Positions 1-37,024 of a DNA stretch of 64,000 nt are shown here, piece after piece. The notes under the pieces are model-generated. The model ran no database searches and was not told the DNA's origin. It saw only the letters and a program-made list of their open reading frames with translations. Positions within the stretch are counted from its first letter, which is position 1, and each line of letters starts with the position of its first letter. Position numbers and translations under genes: made by a program. This DNA comes from Octopus sinensis (taxonomy: Eukaryota), in contig NC_042997.1 of assembly GCF_006345805.1 (NCBI RefSeq), positions 108,562,001 through 108,626,000 of the forward strand, read 5' to 3'.

Positions 1-297
1 CTTGCTTATCGCATTCTGATGTGTTGTGACTAACATGGAGTATGAGATTATTTTGTGATTAGTTATGAAAGTGTTGTAGCTATAGATGGAGGCCTGAAGT
101 CCGCTTATCAACCACATGGCTTTAGGTTCAGTTCCACTGCATGATGCCTTGGGCAAGTGCCATGCTACTATAACCCTGGGTCAAGCAAAACGTGATTGGG
201 TTTGATAGATAGAAACTCAAAGAAGTCTGAAGTGTTGTGCTATGCTCGGTGTGTTTGTGTGTACACGCGCGCGCGCACACACACACACACACACACA

Positions 298-1416
298 TTG
301 TGCTGAGTGAAAAGTTTTGCAATATTTTGGTAACTTATTTGCTTTATTCATCAAATTACAACAAAAGCTGCCTAGCATCCAAGGAAGAGGTCATCGTGTT
401 GCCATGCCTGAAGTCATTTTTCTGCCAGTTCTTTCATACCATGCTGATACCAGTTCTTGCCCTTTGAGGCAAGGAACTTTTTCACTAGTGCTTCTTCCTC
501 CTTTTGGTTCATAAAGCATTTCCAGTGCAGGAAGTGAGCCATGGATTGGATTGAGCAATAATCTGAGGGGGCTAGATTTGGACTGTGTGCTGGGTGTGGC
601 ATCAATTCAATTCCCTCAAGTCCCTGAAGTTTATTCTGGGTCATTCAACCTGTATGAGGTCTTGCGTTGTCTTGCTGCAGAAGAGCTCGCTTCCTGTTAA
701 CCAATGCTGGCTATTGTTGCCACACAATGGCATTTATCCACTCCAGTTCTTCAGAGTACAGGTTGGCATTGATGGTTTGACTGTCTGGAACCAACTCAGA
801 GCAAATTATCCCTGCATAATTCCACCAGACACAGAGTATCACCTTATCTTTGGAACACTCATGGTTGGCAACAGATTCTGGATGCTGACCCTTGCTTAAC
901 CACTGCTTATGCACCTTAGAATTGCAGAAAAATTATCTCTCTTGGATTATTATTTGTTCCAATCTTTGACTCACTTCCTGCAACACTTCATCAACTAGGA
1001 GGAGGTGGAAGCTTCAGTGAAGGAATTCTTTGTCACAAACGGCAAGAACTAATAGCAGCATGGGATCAAAGAACTGGCAAAAAAAGGTGGCCTCAAACAT
1101 TTTGCATAGGTGCCAGTTGAGGCTGGCCGATTGTGGCCATTGGCAGCCTCGTCTGGCACCTGTGCCGGTGGCACGTAAAAAGCACCCACTACACTCACGG
1201 AGTGGTTGGCATTAGGAAGGGCATCCAGCTGTAGAAACTGTGCCAGATCAGACCCTGGTCGAACCGTCTAACCCATGCTAGCATGGAAAACGGACGTTAA
1301 ACGATGATGATGATGGCCTCTTCTTTGAATTCTTGGCTGCTTTTGTTGTAATTTGATGAATAAAGCAAATAAGTTACCAACATATTGCAAAACCTTTCAC
1401 TCTTTTCAGCATAACG
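298..1416 (-). mobile_element. Degenerate mariner-type fold-back element with a nested SINE (about 1109-1313)
   Basis: Transposase pieces KDKVILCVWWNYAGII (711-914) and HPAHSPNLAPSDY (414-644); ~200-bp inverted arms. Confidence 0.8.
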
Positions 1417-4035
1417 TGTGTGTGTGTGTGTGTTTTCACACAGCCAGTGTGAGTCAGCATACTTGATTGATTGTCTATCTTTTATACATGCTATAAATAC
1501 ACATGTGTACATTTATTATCAACACATGGTGGCTTTTATGTATACAGAGTTCATTGTTGCAGATTAAGATGAGATCACAATGTGAAAAACAGAAATCACT
1601 TCCTTGATTCTGTTTTGAACTGAAATATGGAAATTCTAATAAATCTGTGGTAGTCAGGGAATTTCTTTAACCAGAGACTTTACCTATGAATTCCAATTCA
1701 AAGTTAATATAAAAATAGCTTCTTTACCAAAATCTGATCAAGAAGATCTATGGCACTTAGTTTGTGGATAATCCCAAGTTGTTTGACTTGAAATTGTTCA
1801 GAAGTAGGAAATGTTATCTATAATCTTCTACTTGCTGTTGCCTGATCAGGAAGTGGGCACTAGTAGTAGCACTTTCTCTTAGGGTTGAACTACATCTCCC
1901 TGAGGCTCTGTCCCTGATTTGTTAATCTATAACTCTTTCTGTAACCTGTAGCTCCCTTTCTCTGGATGTACTTTAACAATGATACTTTTCTCTGCCAATC
2001 ATTAGGTGTGACACCTTCCTCTACTGAACGACTGATGCTGTGCATGATTAGCGTGTGACCTACCTTGCCACATATTTTCAGTATCTCAATGACAAGATCC
2101 ATCAGTCCGACTGCCTTCATATCCTTAATGACCCTAACCTACCCCACTGCTGTCAATTTCTATTGTTGTTCCTTCAGTTGACTTTGTTTCCAGGTCATCT
2201 CTCTTCCAGGCATTCTTCAAATTCAAACACCTCTCATAAAAGCATTTCTCTGCCTCACTAAAAAAGCAGTTACACCATCATCAGCATTTATACTTCTAAT
2301 GACATCATGATTTTCTCTAGAACATTCTCTAGCAATATAGAAGACCTCACACCTGATTCCTCAAGTTGCAGAACATAAAAACCTTTAACTCCCTTCTAGC
2401 AAATGTCTCACTCCTAACTTTCTTCTATTTGATGGACATTGCTGTCTATTGCCCACTTTTTTTTTCCCAGTCTTTCCAAGCCTGTCTCTTAATTTTTATG
2501 GCTCTTTTTACAACACTTTTAAACCCTCACCTCACCTTTTATATGGTTAAAGTCTTGCACCAGTCATAGATCTGACCTGTGGCCCCCAGGTTACCCTATA
2601 GAAAATGCCAAATTTCTTCTTTGTCATAAGTCTGTCTTTTGCTCCTTTCAGTCAGAACTGTAACCTCATATTTATGAAGCAAATAACATAACCATTCAGC
2701 CATTCCTTCAAAGAATATACGCATTCCAGGATGACTTGTCTGGAAATTTCAATGAATCTTGATAAGCTTAAATATTCAACTGTAAAACCCTTTAACGACC
2801 AATGTATGTTCATTATAATGGAAGTCGTTTTGAGGGGAGTGGGTGGTGAACGTTGGTAGAGTCTTGCTGCATTTAGTTTTGTTCTTTAGGTTGTAAGTTC
2901 AGATCCTGCCAAGGTCAGCTTAACCTTTCATTTTCTCAGAGTTAATTAAAGTACCAGTCACATACTTGGGTTGATGGTGTCAGTTAAGCTCCCACCTTTT
3001 CAAAATTGCTGACTTTCTCTCTAAACCAGAAACAATTATGTTTTCTAGGCTGCTCAGTTTTCTAGACTCCCAAATATTTTGGCAGAAATAATGTAGTTTC
3101 TTCCTGCTCTGCCTACAGAATATTTAGGTGAGACCATTATAAATCTGTGGTACTTGAGACAAAAATATGGACAGACTAGAGAAATCTGATTCTTCCAAAG
3201 ATAGAGAGGAATTAAAAAAAACAAACAATGTGAATAATTTCAGAATATAGGCGTAGGCATAACTCCGTGGTTAAGGGGTTTGTTTGGTTAAGGAGTTTAC
3301 TGAAGACGCCACTTTGTGGCATCTTTGGTAAATGTTTTCTATTATGATGTCAGGCCATAATAGAAGAAATTTATTCAAGACATAATAATAATAATAAAGT
3401 ATTTGCTAGTGAGTGGAATTTGTAAATGGAGAATGTATGGAAACTTGAGTTTACATAGTTAGATATGTGTGCGTTTGTGTGTATCAGCATTCACATCTGT
3501 GTGTCTTTGCATTGATTCCATTTGACTGATGGTTTTGTTACATTTACATCCCACTGTGAATCATTGTTATATAGTTTGAGGATTTTGTCAAATTTTGATT
3601 TGTGAAGAGCAAGTGTAATGAAAGCACCTTACTTGGAAAACAGACCATGGCTGGTGCTAAGTAGAGCATCAAACCATAGAGTGCTGTCACATAGAGGACG
3701 TAGATGTAGAAGCAACGATGTGGATGATGATCATGATTTAGTAGTAGTAGTAGTAATTTTGCAAAAGTGAATTGCTTTAGTTCAAAATCCAATCCTATTT
3801 AATCATCGTCATCATCGTTTTGATGTCCACTTTTTTATGCTTGCATGGGTCAGACAGAATCTGTTCCGACAGCTTTTCTACAGCTGAATGCCTTTCCTGT
3901 CACCAACCTTCACCTATTTTCAAATAAAGTAATATTCCCCCACCCACCCCTGCAGTTTTTCACAGAAAACTAGAAACAATGTTTCTGCTGATGGTGCTGA
4001 TACTTCTTTACAAGACAAAGGTGTACACATACAAA

Positions 4036-4073
<38 letters not shown>

Positions 4074-4520
4074 CCCAGTGTTAGATTTTTTTTTTATACA
4101 CAATATACAACATTTACATACCCCTATGAAATCACAGTCCTATATATATATATACTCTTTTACTTGTTTCAGTCTTTTGACTGCGGCCTTTAGTTGAGCA
4201 AATCGACCCCAGGACTTATTCTTTGTAAGCCTAGTACTTATTCTATCGGTCTCTTTTGCCAAACTGCTAATTTATGGGGACATAAACACACCACAATTGG
4301 TCGTCCAGCAATGTTGGGGGGGGGGGGACAAACACACACACACACACATGATGGGCTTCTTTCAGTTTCCACCTACCAAATCCACTCACAAGGCTTTGGT
4401 TGGCCCGAGGCTATAGTAGAAGACACTTGCCCAAGGTGTCACGCAGTGAGACTGAACCTGGAACCATGTTGTTGGTAAGCAAGCTACTTACCACACAGCC
4501 ACTCCTGCGCCTATGTAAAT

Positions 4521-4896
4521 GAGGAAAAGGACGATAAAAACCAAGGCAGGACGAGTATCTCAAGTCATTTACAATAATTTAATTAGAGTAAGGTGAATCT
4601 GAAGTCTTACAGCTGTTTCTTGGATATCCTAAGTGATAGGCTAGCATGTCTGTACACTGGGTGTTCCGTCATCAGAGACAAGATGAGTATGAAAGTTCTA
4701 GACAGGGAAATTCATAGTTTATAAGGGAATAAGATAAAAGAATATGACAGGAACACCCAATGTATGGACATGCTAGCCTATCACTTGAGATATCCCAGAA
4801 ACAGCTGTAAGACTTCAGATTCACCTTACCCTAATAAAATTATCATAAATGACTTGAGATACCTGTCCTGCCTTGGTTTTTGTTGTCCTTTTCCTC
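4521..4896. repeat. Long inverted repeat (~150-bp arms, ~70-bp spacer)
   Basis: 4521-4672 is the reverse complement of 4744-4896 with scattered mismatches. Confidence 0.9.
4604..4679 (-). ncRNA. Type I hammerhead-ribozyme-like motif (Penelope-type)
   Basis: Minus strand GTCT-CTGATGA-[stem II]-GAAA-CAGCTG-TA-AGAC: stem I GTCT/AGAC, palindromic stem III; base of stem II imperfect. Confidence 0.55.
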
Positions 4897-5478
4897 TAAT
4901 ATATACCTTCTAATATGGATCCTTAGCTCCAGCCTCAGCTGTGACCTTGGAACCTAATGGGTGACCAATTATGGCACTTACTCAGCGTACCTATTCGTTT
5001 ACATCACCAGTGAACTAAACTCCTCATATTCTACACACACACACACAGTGGGCTTCTGTCTGCCAAATCCAGATCTACTCACATGATATTGATTGTCTTG
5101 GGGCTATAGTGGAAGATATTTGTCCAAGATGCCATGCAGTGGGATTGAACCCTTTACTACATACTTCCCAACCCAGCAGCCACATCTGCACCATTCATTT
5201 CCTCGAAATTATTTCCACAAATATTGACAGAAGGGAAATAACTTTTTGTGAAATATCATTGGAAATATTTAATATTATTTCATTGCTTTTAAATATTTTG
5301 TCAAATTTCAAACACATTTGCCATGTCTCATGTTCTAAGATGTGTTACACCATGTTATTCCATGATACTCCATGACTACATTAGTGACACTTGTGTCTTA
5401 CATTCCATGTTGATCCATGTTAATGACATGTTTCTCCTTTATGTAAAATTTAATTCTTTTTTTTCCTTCTCATTTCAG

Positions 5479-28658
<23,180 letters not shown>

Positions 28659-29301
28659 TGAATGAGATCAAATGCTGTGGTTGTTGAGTTGCTGGCTCTA
28701 AAAACTGGGAGATTTCCATCTATATTTAGCTGTCATGGGGCCATTATCTTGCTGTTGCTACTGTTACTATCACTACAACCTAACTAGTACCATCACCACA
28801 CCACATTACCTACCACCACCATCACAACTACTACTATTAATTATTACTACTACTACTACTGAAGCTCTAAACCACTGCTGACTGTCTTCTATTTGAATCT
28901 GCTGTAGCCACTTTGCTGATATCCGAACGGATTTGATCTTCACATGCATCATCCTCATCTTCTGCGACTGTACAGATGCCAACAGCTCACTGTGAACTGA
29001 ACAGATGACAACAGCTCGCTCCAACCGAATTGACGACAACATCTGCCAGATTTCAATCGAATCAACGAGACGAATGGTGTTGAGGAGACTTCCACACACA
29101 CACACTTTGGATTACATACTCTTGAAAAACTACAGAAGTGGAACCAACAGGATGCTGTGTATGTGTGTGTGTGTATGTATAAGTTTGTGTGTGTATATAC
29201 ACCTATGTATGTTTTTAGTGATTTCAGACAGTGAGTTATAACAATAGTTATATGTATATATATGCACACACATAAGTGTATGTGTGTGTGTATATATATA
29301 T

Positions 29302-29332
<31 letters not shown>

Positions 29333-31390
29333 TACATACATAGACACACACTTAAGTGTATGAGTAACAGCAGACCAATAATAGTTTACAGTCGCAACAC
29401 ACACACACATACACACACATGTAAGCACAGTTTTTTTTTTGCATTTCATCTTTTTTCTCTTAATACATCTATATTCTTCTCATTTATGAACATCCTTCTA
29501 ATGTACACACACACAGACACAAACACACAGTAGTAAAACTACATTTTTGATAAAAAAAAAAATAAAGCATTCCTTTAATAATATTATTATTATTATTATT
29601 TTTTTGTGCGGCTCAATACAGTGTGTTTCAGCTAATAACCCTTCCATATAAACTCTAATCATGTTCAGCTAATTAACCCTTCCATAAATATATATTATAT
29701 CTACACACACTAATCATGTTCAAACCCCCTTTCCCCCACCCCCTTTATCCATGCCATTTCTGTACCTCGCTCCATCTCCCCCTCCTCTCTCTCTCTCTCT
29801 GACTCAACACTTTTTCTTGAATTACAGATGCATTTACATTCACATTTATGCATTTTCCACTGTGTGTGTGTGTGTATAAATATATATGTATATACACATG
29901 TATATACTTTCATGTGTGTACACATGTGCATATATACTGTTATATGTATGTATATATGTATACATATACATATGTGTGCGTGTATGTATAAATATATATA
30001 TATATAGTATATAAACTGGCTGAGTGTGTGGGGTTGTGTTTATGTATGTTTGCTTGCCTGCAGGAATGTGCAAATACACACACACACACACGCTGACTCT
30101 CACACACACATACACACACTATAATTATTCACAGTTGAAGGAAAAAAAATGACCCAAAGTAATCTCTTTCTCATTGAACAACCACATTGTTGATTATATA
30201 TACACGTGTGTATATGTATTGTTTATATATATACATGGGTATGTATATGTGTGTGTATGTGTTGTTAATTATATACATATGTATATATGTTAAGTTGATT
30301 ATATATACGTATGTTTACGTATATGTGTATGTATAATGTGTGTGCGTGTGTATATATTTACATATATATATATGTATATCTCTATATATATATATATTAT
30401 TTTTCTCTCTTTTTTCATACCAAAGTTTCTTAATATAGAAGTTGTTATACATTTTAAACATTTTGTTTTGTTTCAGCCTCTTGGTGTATCAAATTATAAT
30501 AATCATAATAATGATGTAATGACAATTAGAAAAGATAAAGCCTCAAGACACACACACACACACACACACACAATTAAAATATTTTAAATACATACACACA
30601 CACACACATGCCTACAAATACATTTTACTAATCTACACACAACATACAATAAAATTGTTTTACATACATACACATACATCACACACACACACACAATGTA
30701 CATTAATGTTTTACACACACACACACATTCAATAATTTTGAGAAAAACAGAAATATTTGCTAGCTGTGATGAATTCATTGCTGCTTTACTGTTTCATTAG
30801 TATTTTTTAATTAATTCTTTTCTTGTCCTAATTGCTTCTTCTCCCTTCTCTCTGCCAATCTTCTTTCTGTGATGTCATTGTTTTAATTTTTTATATTTCC
30901 CTCCCACCCTGTCCCCCTTTCTTTGGTGTTGATATTTTTAACAGACTCTAAACAAAAACTCAATTCAAAACAAACTAAAAAAGAACAAAAAAAGAAAAAA
31001 GGACAAAAAAAATAAGCCCCCCCTGCTCTAGCTATTTGTTACCTTTTTTTGTGAGTGAAGAGGAGATTTTTCTGGGATCAAGTTTACAGTGTCTTTGCTA
31101 GAAATAAGTCCACTGTACACTTTATCTGTTGTTTTATCTTTGTTGACTATCTTCAAACAGGTGTGTGTGTGTGGTATATGTGAGTGTGTGTGTGTGTTGC
31201 TAGCAGATACAGGTAGGGATGGATGGATGGAGAATGGCTAGAGAGAGAGAGAGAGAATATACTCTAATATATTAGGAACAAAATTAAAGGAAGAAGAAAT
31301 AAAAAAAAAGAAAAAAAAGGAGCTAAATATAAATACATTTTTTCTGTTTTTCTGAAATCTGCAGCTAATAAAGTTGTGTTTTAACATCTC
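28659..31390 (+). other. Putative long ERK 3' UTR, microsatellite-rich, with AATAAA at 31367-31372
   Basis: Follows the stop; no SINEs over ~2.7 kb; AATAAA followed by GT/T-rich sequence; SINEs resume after ~31570. Confidence 0.5.
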
Positions 31391-31886
31391 CATTTTCTTC
31401 AGTCTTTTTTTTTTTTGTTTTCTTTCTTTCTGATATTTGAGTGCAGCTATTTTTCTGTGTTAGCAGAGTCTCATACAAACTCTTAATTGAGCTAAGATTC
31501 TCTGGTTGGACATTGTCATCAGCCATTCCCAATTGGCTGCTAGTTTCATCTTCGAGAAAGAATATTGATCTCACATTTTGGCACAAGGGCAGTTATTGGG
31601 GTGGGGTGAACAGCTCCAGTGTTCAGCTGGTATTTATTTCATTGACCTCAATAAGGAAAAACTGAGCTTGGCAGAATTTCAACTCAGAATGTAAAGACGG
31701 ATGAAAAACCGCTAAACATTTTCCCCAGCATACTACTTTAGAAAGAGTAGATATTGAAATGACCCTGGTTAGTTTCAATGGGACTAGCTTCCATAGATTT
31801 TGGACATATGAACACTCACACAAGTGAGGAGAGATTACCAAAAGAATTCATAGAGAAGGATTGGTGTCAGAAAACAACTACTTTAA

Positions 31887-32082
31887 CCCTTTAGCATTCA
31901 AACCAACCATGTCAAGCCAATATCTAACCAGTTTTGTTGAGATTGGCCGGTTCCAGCCTCTCACCTACAATCTCATTCTAAAACTAAACAATCACATCAC
32001 TGAAATCTCAAAGCTATGACATAAATGCAGAATTAATTCAAAACAATATGAATAAGCAAACAGTAATTTGAATACTAAAGGG
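31887..32082 (+). mobile_element. piggyBac-like MITE (CCCTTTAGCATT family; partial copies near 6950-7065, 7560-7715, 22790-23006, 39960-40173)
   Basis: TTAA|CCCTTTAGCATTCAAA...TTTGAATACTAAAGGG|TTAA; shared internal sequence among copies. Confidence 0.75.
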
Positions 32083-32089
32083 TTAATAA

Positions 32090-33080
32090 CCAAAACTGAT
32101 TTCAATTAAAAGGGGCAGCAAAGAGCATGAAAGTTACACCCACATTGGCAATACTAGGAATGGCATTCCTTAAAGAAGAAAAAGATTTCAATCCGCAATT
32201 ATTGGTGATCAGTATTTCCAATCCTATTAGAAAAAAAAAGCTGGAAAAGATTCCTGGATAATGCTTCATATTTGGGAACAGATGTAATGAAAGCTAAAAG
32301 ATTCCTTAAATTAATAAATAACATTCCTGATCACTCTGAAAATGAAAGGGAACTTTTTTATTTTGAGAACTTAATAACGAAAGTAAATGAGACAATTACA
32401 ACTGATCTCTACTGCAAGGACACTAACCCACACCAATATTTAGTCCTTACCACCCCTCCCACACAAAAAAGAACTTCCTATACAATATGTTAAGACATAC
32501 ATGCTCAATAGTTACAGAATCAAGTAGATAAAAAAAAAACGGTAGAAACATTTCTCCCAAAACTTAGAAATCTTCTATTTATAGTCACCCGCAATCTCAG
32601 AGACTACAATATCTCACATTTGGTCAAATGATACCTTCTAATATTACACCAAACATCGAATTATAGAAAAATAATCATCAACAGCTAAAGGCAACAATTT
32701 AACAAAATTGTTAACAAAAGTAAAATTCACATCAGAAGAAGTAATGGATGTAACAAAATGTGGAGAACCTTCTTTTGAGATGTTAAAATGGATTGAGCAG
32801 AATAAAACCAGAAAAATTCAAAACAAAACAAGAAAAAAACATTTACTGCATCACATAATTACAATGCTATGAGTATTATATTGGCCAAACAGGATCAAAG
32901 TTAATGAACTGGATAAGGGTGCATAAGCAACAAATCAAGATTGATCTGTCAAAACTTTCCATCTAGAAAGTTGTGTGAAGGGAACAAAATATTCATTTTC
33001 TTTTTCAAAATAAAAGAGAATGATCAATTATGAAATGCAAAAGAAGAAACTTTTAAAAGAATTTTGAATTTGAGACTCAG
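32090..33080 (+). mobile_element. Decayed Penelope-like retroelement (RT thumb plus GIY-YIG remnant)
   Basis: ORF 32272-32493 'ITTDLYCKDTNPHQYL'; downstream 'YIGQTGSKL...RIRVHKQQI'-like reading near 32875-32940. Confidence 0.7.
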
Positions 33081-36000
33081 TTGGGGGTCGTAAAAACAAC
33101 TACATCTATACCTTATAACATGTGGTCCAACCGATGCCAGCACAGATGTTAAATGTTGTGTGCATCTGTTTCTTTCAAAAATTGTTATAATTCATGATCT
33201 TTGATTTAAGAAAATCTTAAAGACATTTTTGCAGGTCTTGCAGTGTAATGATCAGCAGCATGAGGTGTTCAGGATTGTAAGACAGTGTGTGAGAGAGAGA
33301 GAGAACTGAAATATATTTATGTTGAAACTGGTCAGATCTAGCCTCTCACCTCAGACCTACAATGTCCTACTAACACTAAACAATCACATCATTGCACGAG
33401 GGAGAAGTCTATTTGGAAAGATGAAGGCAAACTTTCCACTGATATGGAAATACTATTATGAGAGGTTGCTGAATATGAAAAATGCATAGGGTAAGGAGAA
33501 GGCTACTCCATGGTGACCTTGCAGAGGGACCAGCAATTCAAATTGACAGCTGTGTTTTAGATAAAGCAACCAAGGACATGAAGAGAGAGAGAGAAAGCTG
33601 TAGGTCCATCAAAGATAGATGCAGAGATACTCAAAATATTTTGGGAACAGCTGATCTACACAGGAAGGTGTCACTGTAAAAAGCTAGAAAGGAAAAGGAG
33701 ATGCCTTAGAGGAACCAAACTACTAAACCTGTGAAAGAGCAGACCTGGGTGAGATGCAGTTTGGTATTGTGCCCAGAAAGAATACCAAAGATATAAGGTT
33801 TCTAGTGAGGTGACTGCAAGAGAAATACTTGGTTGTTAAGAGTAAACCTGGTGTTCAAGGTGTTTGACAGGATAATCACATTTCAGTACTTTGTTGGTCA
33901 TTAACAAAAATAAAGTGTAGGGGACTCAACATAGTCCTAGAGGTCACCACAAAGGAGTTGAAGACTGGCTGTCCATGGGAACTTCTTTATACTGACAATC
34001 TAGTTCTCTTAGCTGAATCTAAAGGGGAATTAAGTGTGCTCCAAAAGTATATTCTCAACGACATGAAACAAAGAAAGAAAAGGAAGAGAGAGAGCGAGAA
34101 GAAAGAGGAGAAATGAATATACGAGAAGGTGACTGAAGAAGAGAGAGATGGAAATAATGACATACAATTAAAAAGACCGATTAACATTCCAGGAAATTGA
34201 ACAGACTACCAAGTTAAATCATAGTGAAAATATAGTAATAATAAAATTATTACAATTTACTGAATCAGTAAATGATTATAAAAGTGAAGTAGGAATCATT
34301 TAGATAATTATGATGAGATAATAATTGGATGATTAATATTCTAGGAAGTAGTTAATACTTTTATAAAAGATCAAAACTACAAGGATGGAAACAGAATAGA
34401 GAAGAATGGTAAGTAGCAGTGAGAATTGAAATGCAATTGATAAAAAAATTATGAAAGTTGGAATCTTTAAAATGGTTTTATTAAATTCATGTGAATAATG
34501 AAAACTATTAATTAGTCCAGACTTAGAGCTTAGGATTTCCAATGCCTCTATGCAACATAAATTACAGCTGCTCCTCACCCTTTTTACATGGAAGTGCAGT
34601 TCATATAACTGACCACAAAACAATTAATTAATGTTTCTATAATCAAGGTCCCAAATATATTTTTTTAATGATGTATTATGTAACTTGCGTTTATTGACAA
34701 CAATTTTATGTGCTTAGTCCATTTAGATTTGAATTTTGATAATGCCGCCTTGATATAGCATTTTACTTCATGGGTGTCTGGATGGAACATTATATATGTC
34801 TATCATTGTTGTATGGTTCCAAAAGCAAGCCATGTCAAATGAATAATAAAATATATGGGGAAAAATCGGTTTTGTTCTGAGAGCCCAAGCAGTCCTGAGC
34901 ATTGTAGATGGTCACTTTTATGGTCCAAGAAGAATCTTTGACTGATCACCAACATGTATTAATCAAAGATCAATTTGTGATAAGCATAACACAACTTGCT
35001 CCTAGCATATCATGAAGTCATGTGGTTTAGTGGTTAATATATATATATGGCTCACGATCTTAAGGTTGTGAGATCGACTCCTGGTGGGACATTGTGTCCT
35101 TCAGCAACACACTTTAGTTCATGTCACCCCAGTTCATTCAACTGGCAAAAACGTACAGGCATTTCCAAAGGGCCGGCATTATCACATTGTGTGTTGCATT
35201 GAATGTTGAGTGTGTCTGTGGAGTGTTCAGCTATTTGCACATTAATTATATGAGCAGGCTGTTACATGGGTTCAATCAACTGGACCCTTATTGTTGTAAC
35301 CAACAGAGTACCTGTAAAAATATACTCTAATACCCCAGATCAGTACTGTATTAATCAGTGATAACTGAGGACATCATCATCATTTAATGTCTGCTTTCCA
35401 TGCTGGCATGGGTTGGATGGTTGGACTGAGAACTGGTGAGCTGGGAGGCTGCACCAGGCTCCAATCTGATTTGGTAAAGTTTCTACAGCTGGATGCTCTT
35501 CCTAATGCCAACCACTCTGAGAGTGTAGTGGGTGCTTTTTATGTGCCACTGGCATGGGTGGCGAGTCAGGCGGCACTGGCATCAACAGATGTACTAAATT
35601 TGGTGAGAAGCACTGGTTACTCAAAAGGCATTCATATTCATCCCTACAGTTACCAAACTATCAGGTTTACTAGCTAACAATGAAATATTAGTAGCATTGT
35701 TACAAAAGCTATTGTATGGAGGAGGTTCAGAGTCAATAATATTTGTGTTAGATTCAGATGTATTATTAACAGAAGAGCTGGAGACAAAAAAAGCTACCAG
35801 CCCGATAACAATCAGGTATATAAGTTCTATTGCTATTTAATTTCATATCATCAATAAAAGCTGCATAATCAGTCAGGTTAGGTGTTGTGGAATATCAAAA
35901 TGTAACAGTGTGCCAACTAAATAATTTATGATATTTACTAGAAGTGGGAAGTGCCTTTCCAATGTGTGCAAGAAGGTTACAGGAATAAAATAAGGCTACC

Positions 36001-37024
36001 TGAAGTTTTGAGAGTGGGGTTAAACAACAGAATTTTCAGCTTAGATAATTTGTGTTCCATTATTGCTACTGTGCTAAGTAATATGATCCAATTTAGAATT
36101 CCATTACAATTATGAGAGGAGTTGTGATTATGATTGCCACTAAGCATATCGTTCTTCTATTTAATTATATTATTTGGGTTAGTTATAAGGTGATCCTTTG
36201 AACTACAAAGGTTTGCATTTTGGTTTTGGCGAAAAGTTTTAAAATTTGGGTCACATATATGATTAAGTAGAGAGGTGCTTCCATTTGTACTGCTGGGGTC
36301 AGTTGTATCCACATTCGGCTTACAGCAATTCTCACATGAGCCACATACATGCTGGTCTCCCTAATCGCTATCATAATATCATTTCTGTCTGTTCTTGGAA
36401 ATATTTTTACTTTGTCAAATAAATATAATTGCTTACTGTTATTTCAGTTAATATATACACTCGAAACAGAATTAGATTAACCACAACATTGCAATGTTTC
36501 TATATACAGTATAAACATTTGTATTGGCGTTAGGAAGGGCATCCAGCCGTAGAAACACTGCCAGATTTGACTGGGCCTTCTGGCTTCACAGACCCCAGTA
36601 GAACCATCCAACCCATGCTAGCATGGAAAACGGACGCTAAACGATGATGATGATGATGATATACATCCCAAATGTACAGGAGTACTGTTAGTAAGGCATG
36701 AGTTGGCTATGGGTACCCTGATGAATTTAGTGAAGGTGCAGGGCTGAGTGATTAGCAGATTAGGGTGTTCAGTACCCAGTGGTACCTTGTCTCCTTCAGC
36801 AGGACCCTTTATTTCACATTGCTCCAGTACACTCAGCTGACAAATGAGTTGTACCTGTATTTCAAAGGGTCAGCCTTGTTACACTGTGTTGTACTGAATC
36901 TCCCTGAGAACTACATTAAGGGCACATGTGTCTGTGGAGTACTCAGCCACTTGCACGTTGATTTCATGAGCAAGCTGTTCCAACGATCGGATCAGATGGA
37001 ACCCTCATCATTGTGACCAATGGA

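Noticed and set aside
28806-30778. Many 60-160 aa ORFs rich in C/V/Y/I/H/T
   Set aside because: Translations of (CA)n/(TG)n/(TA)n microsatellites.
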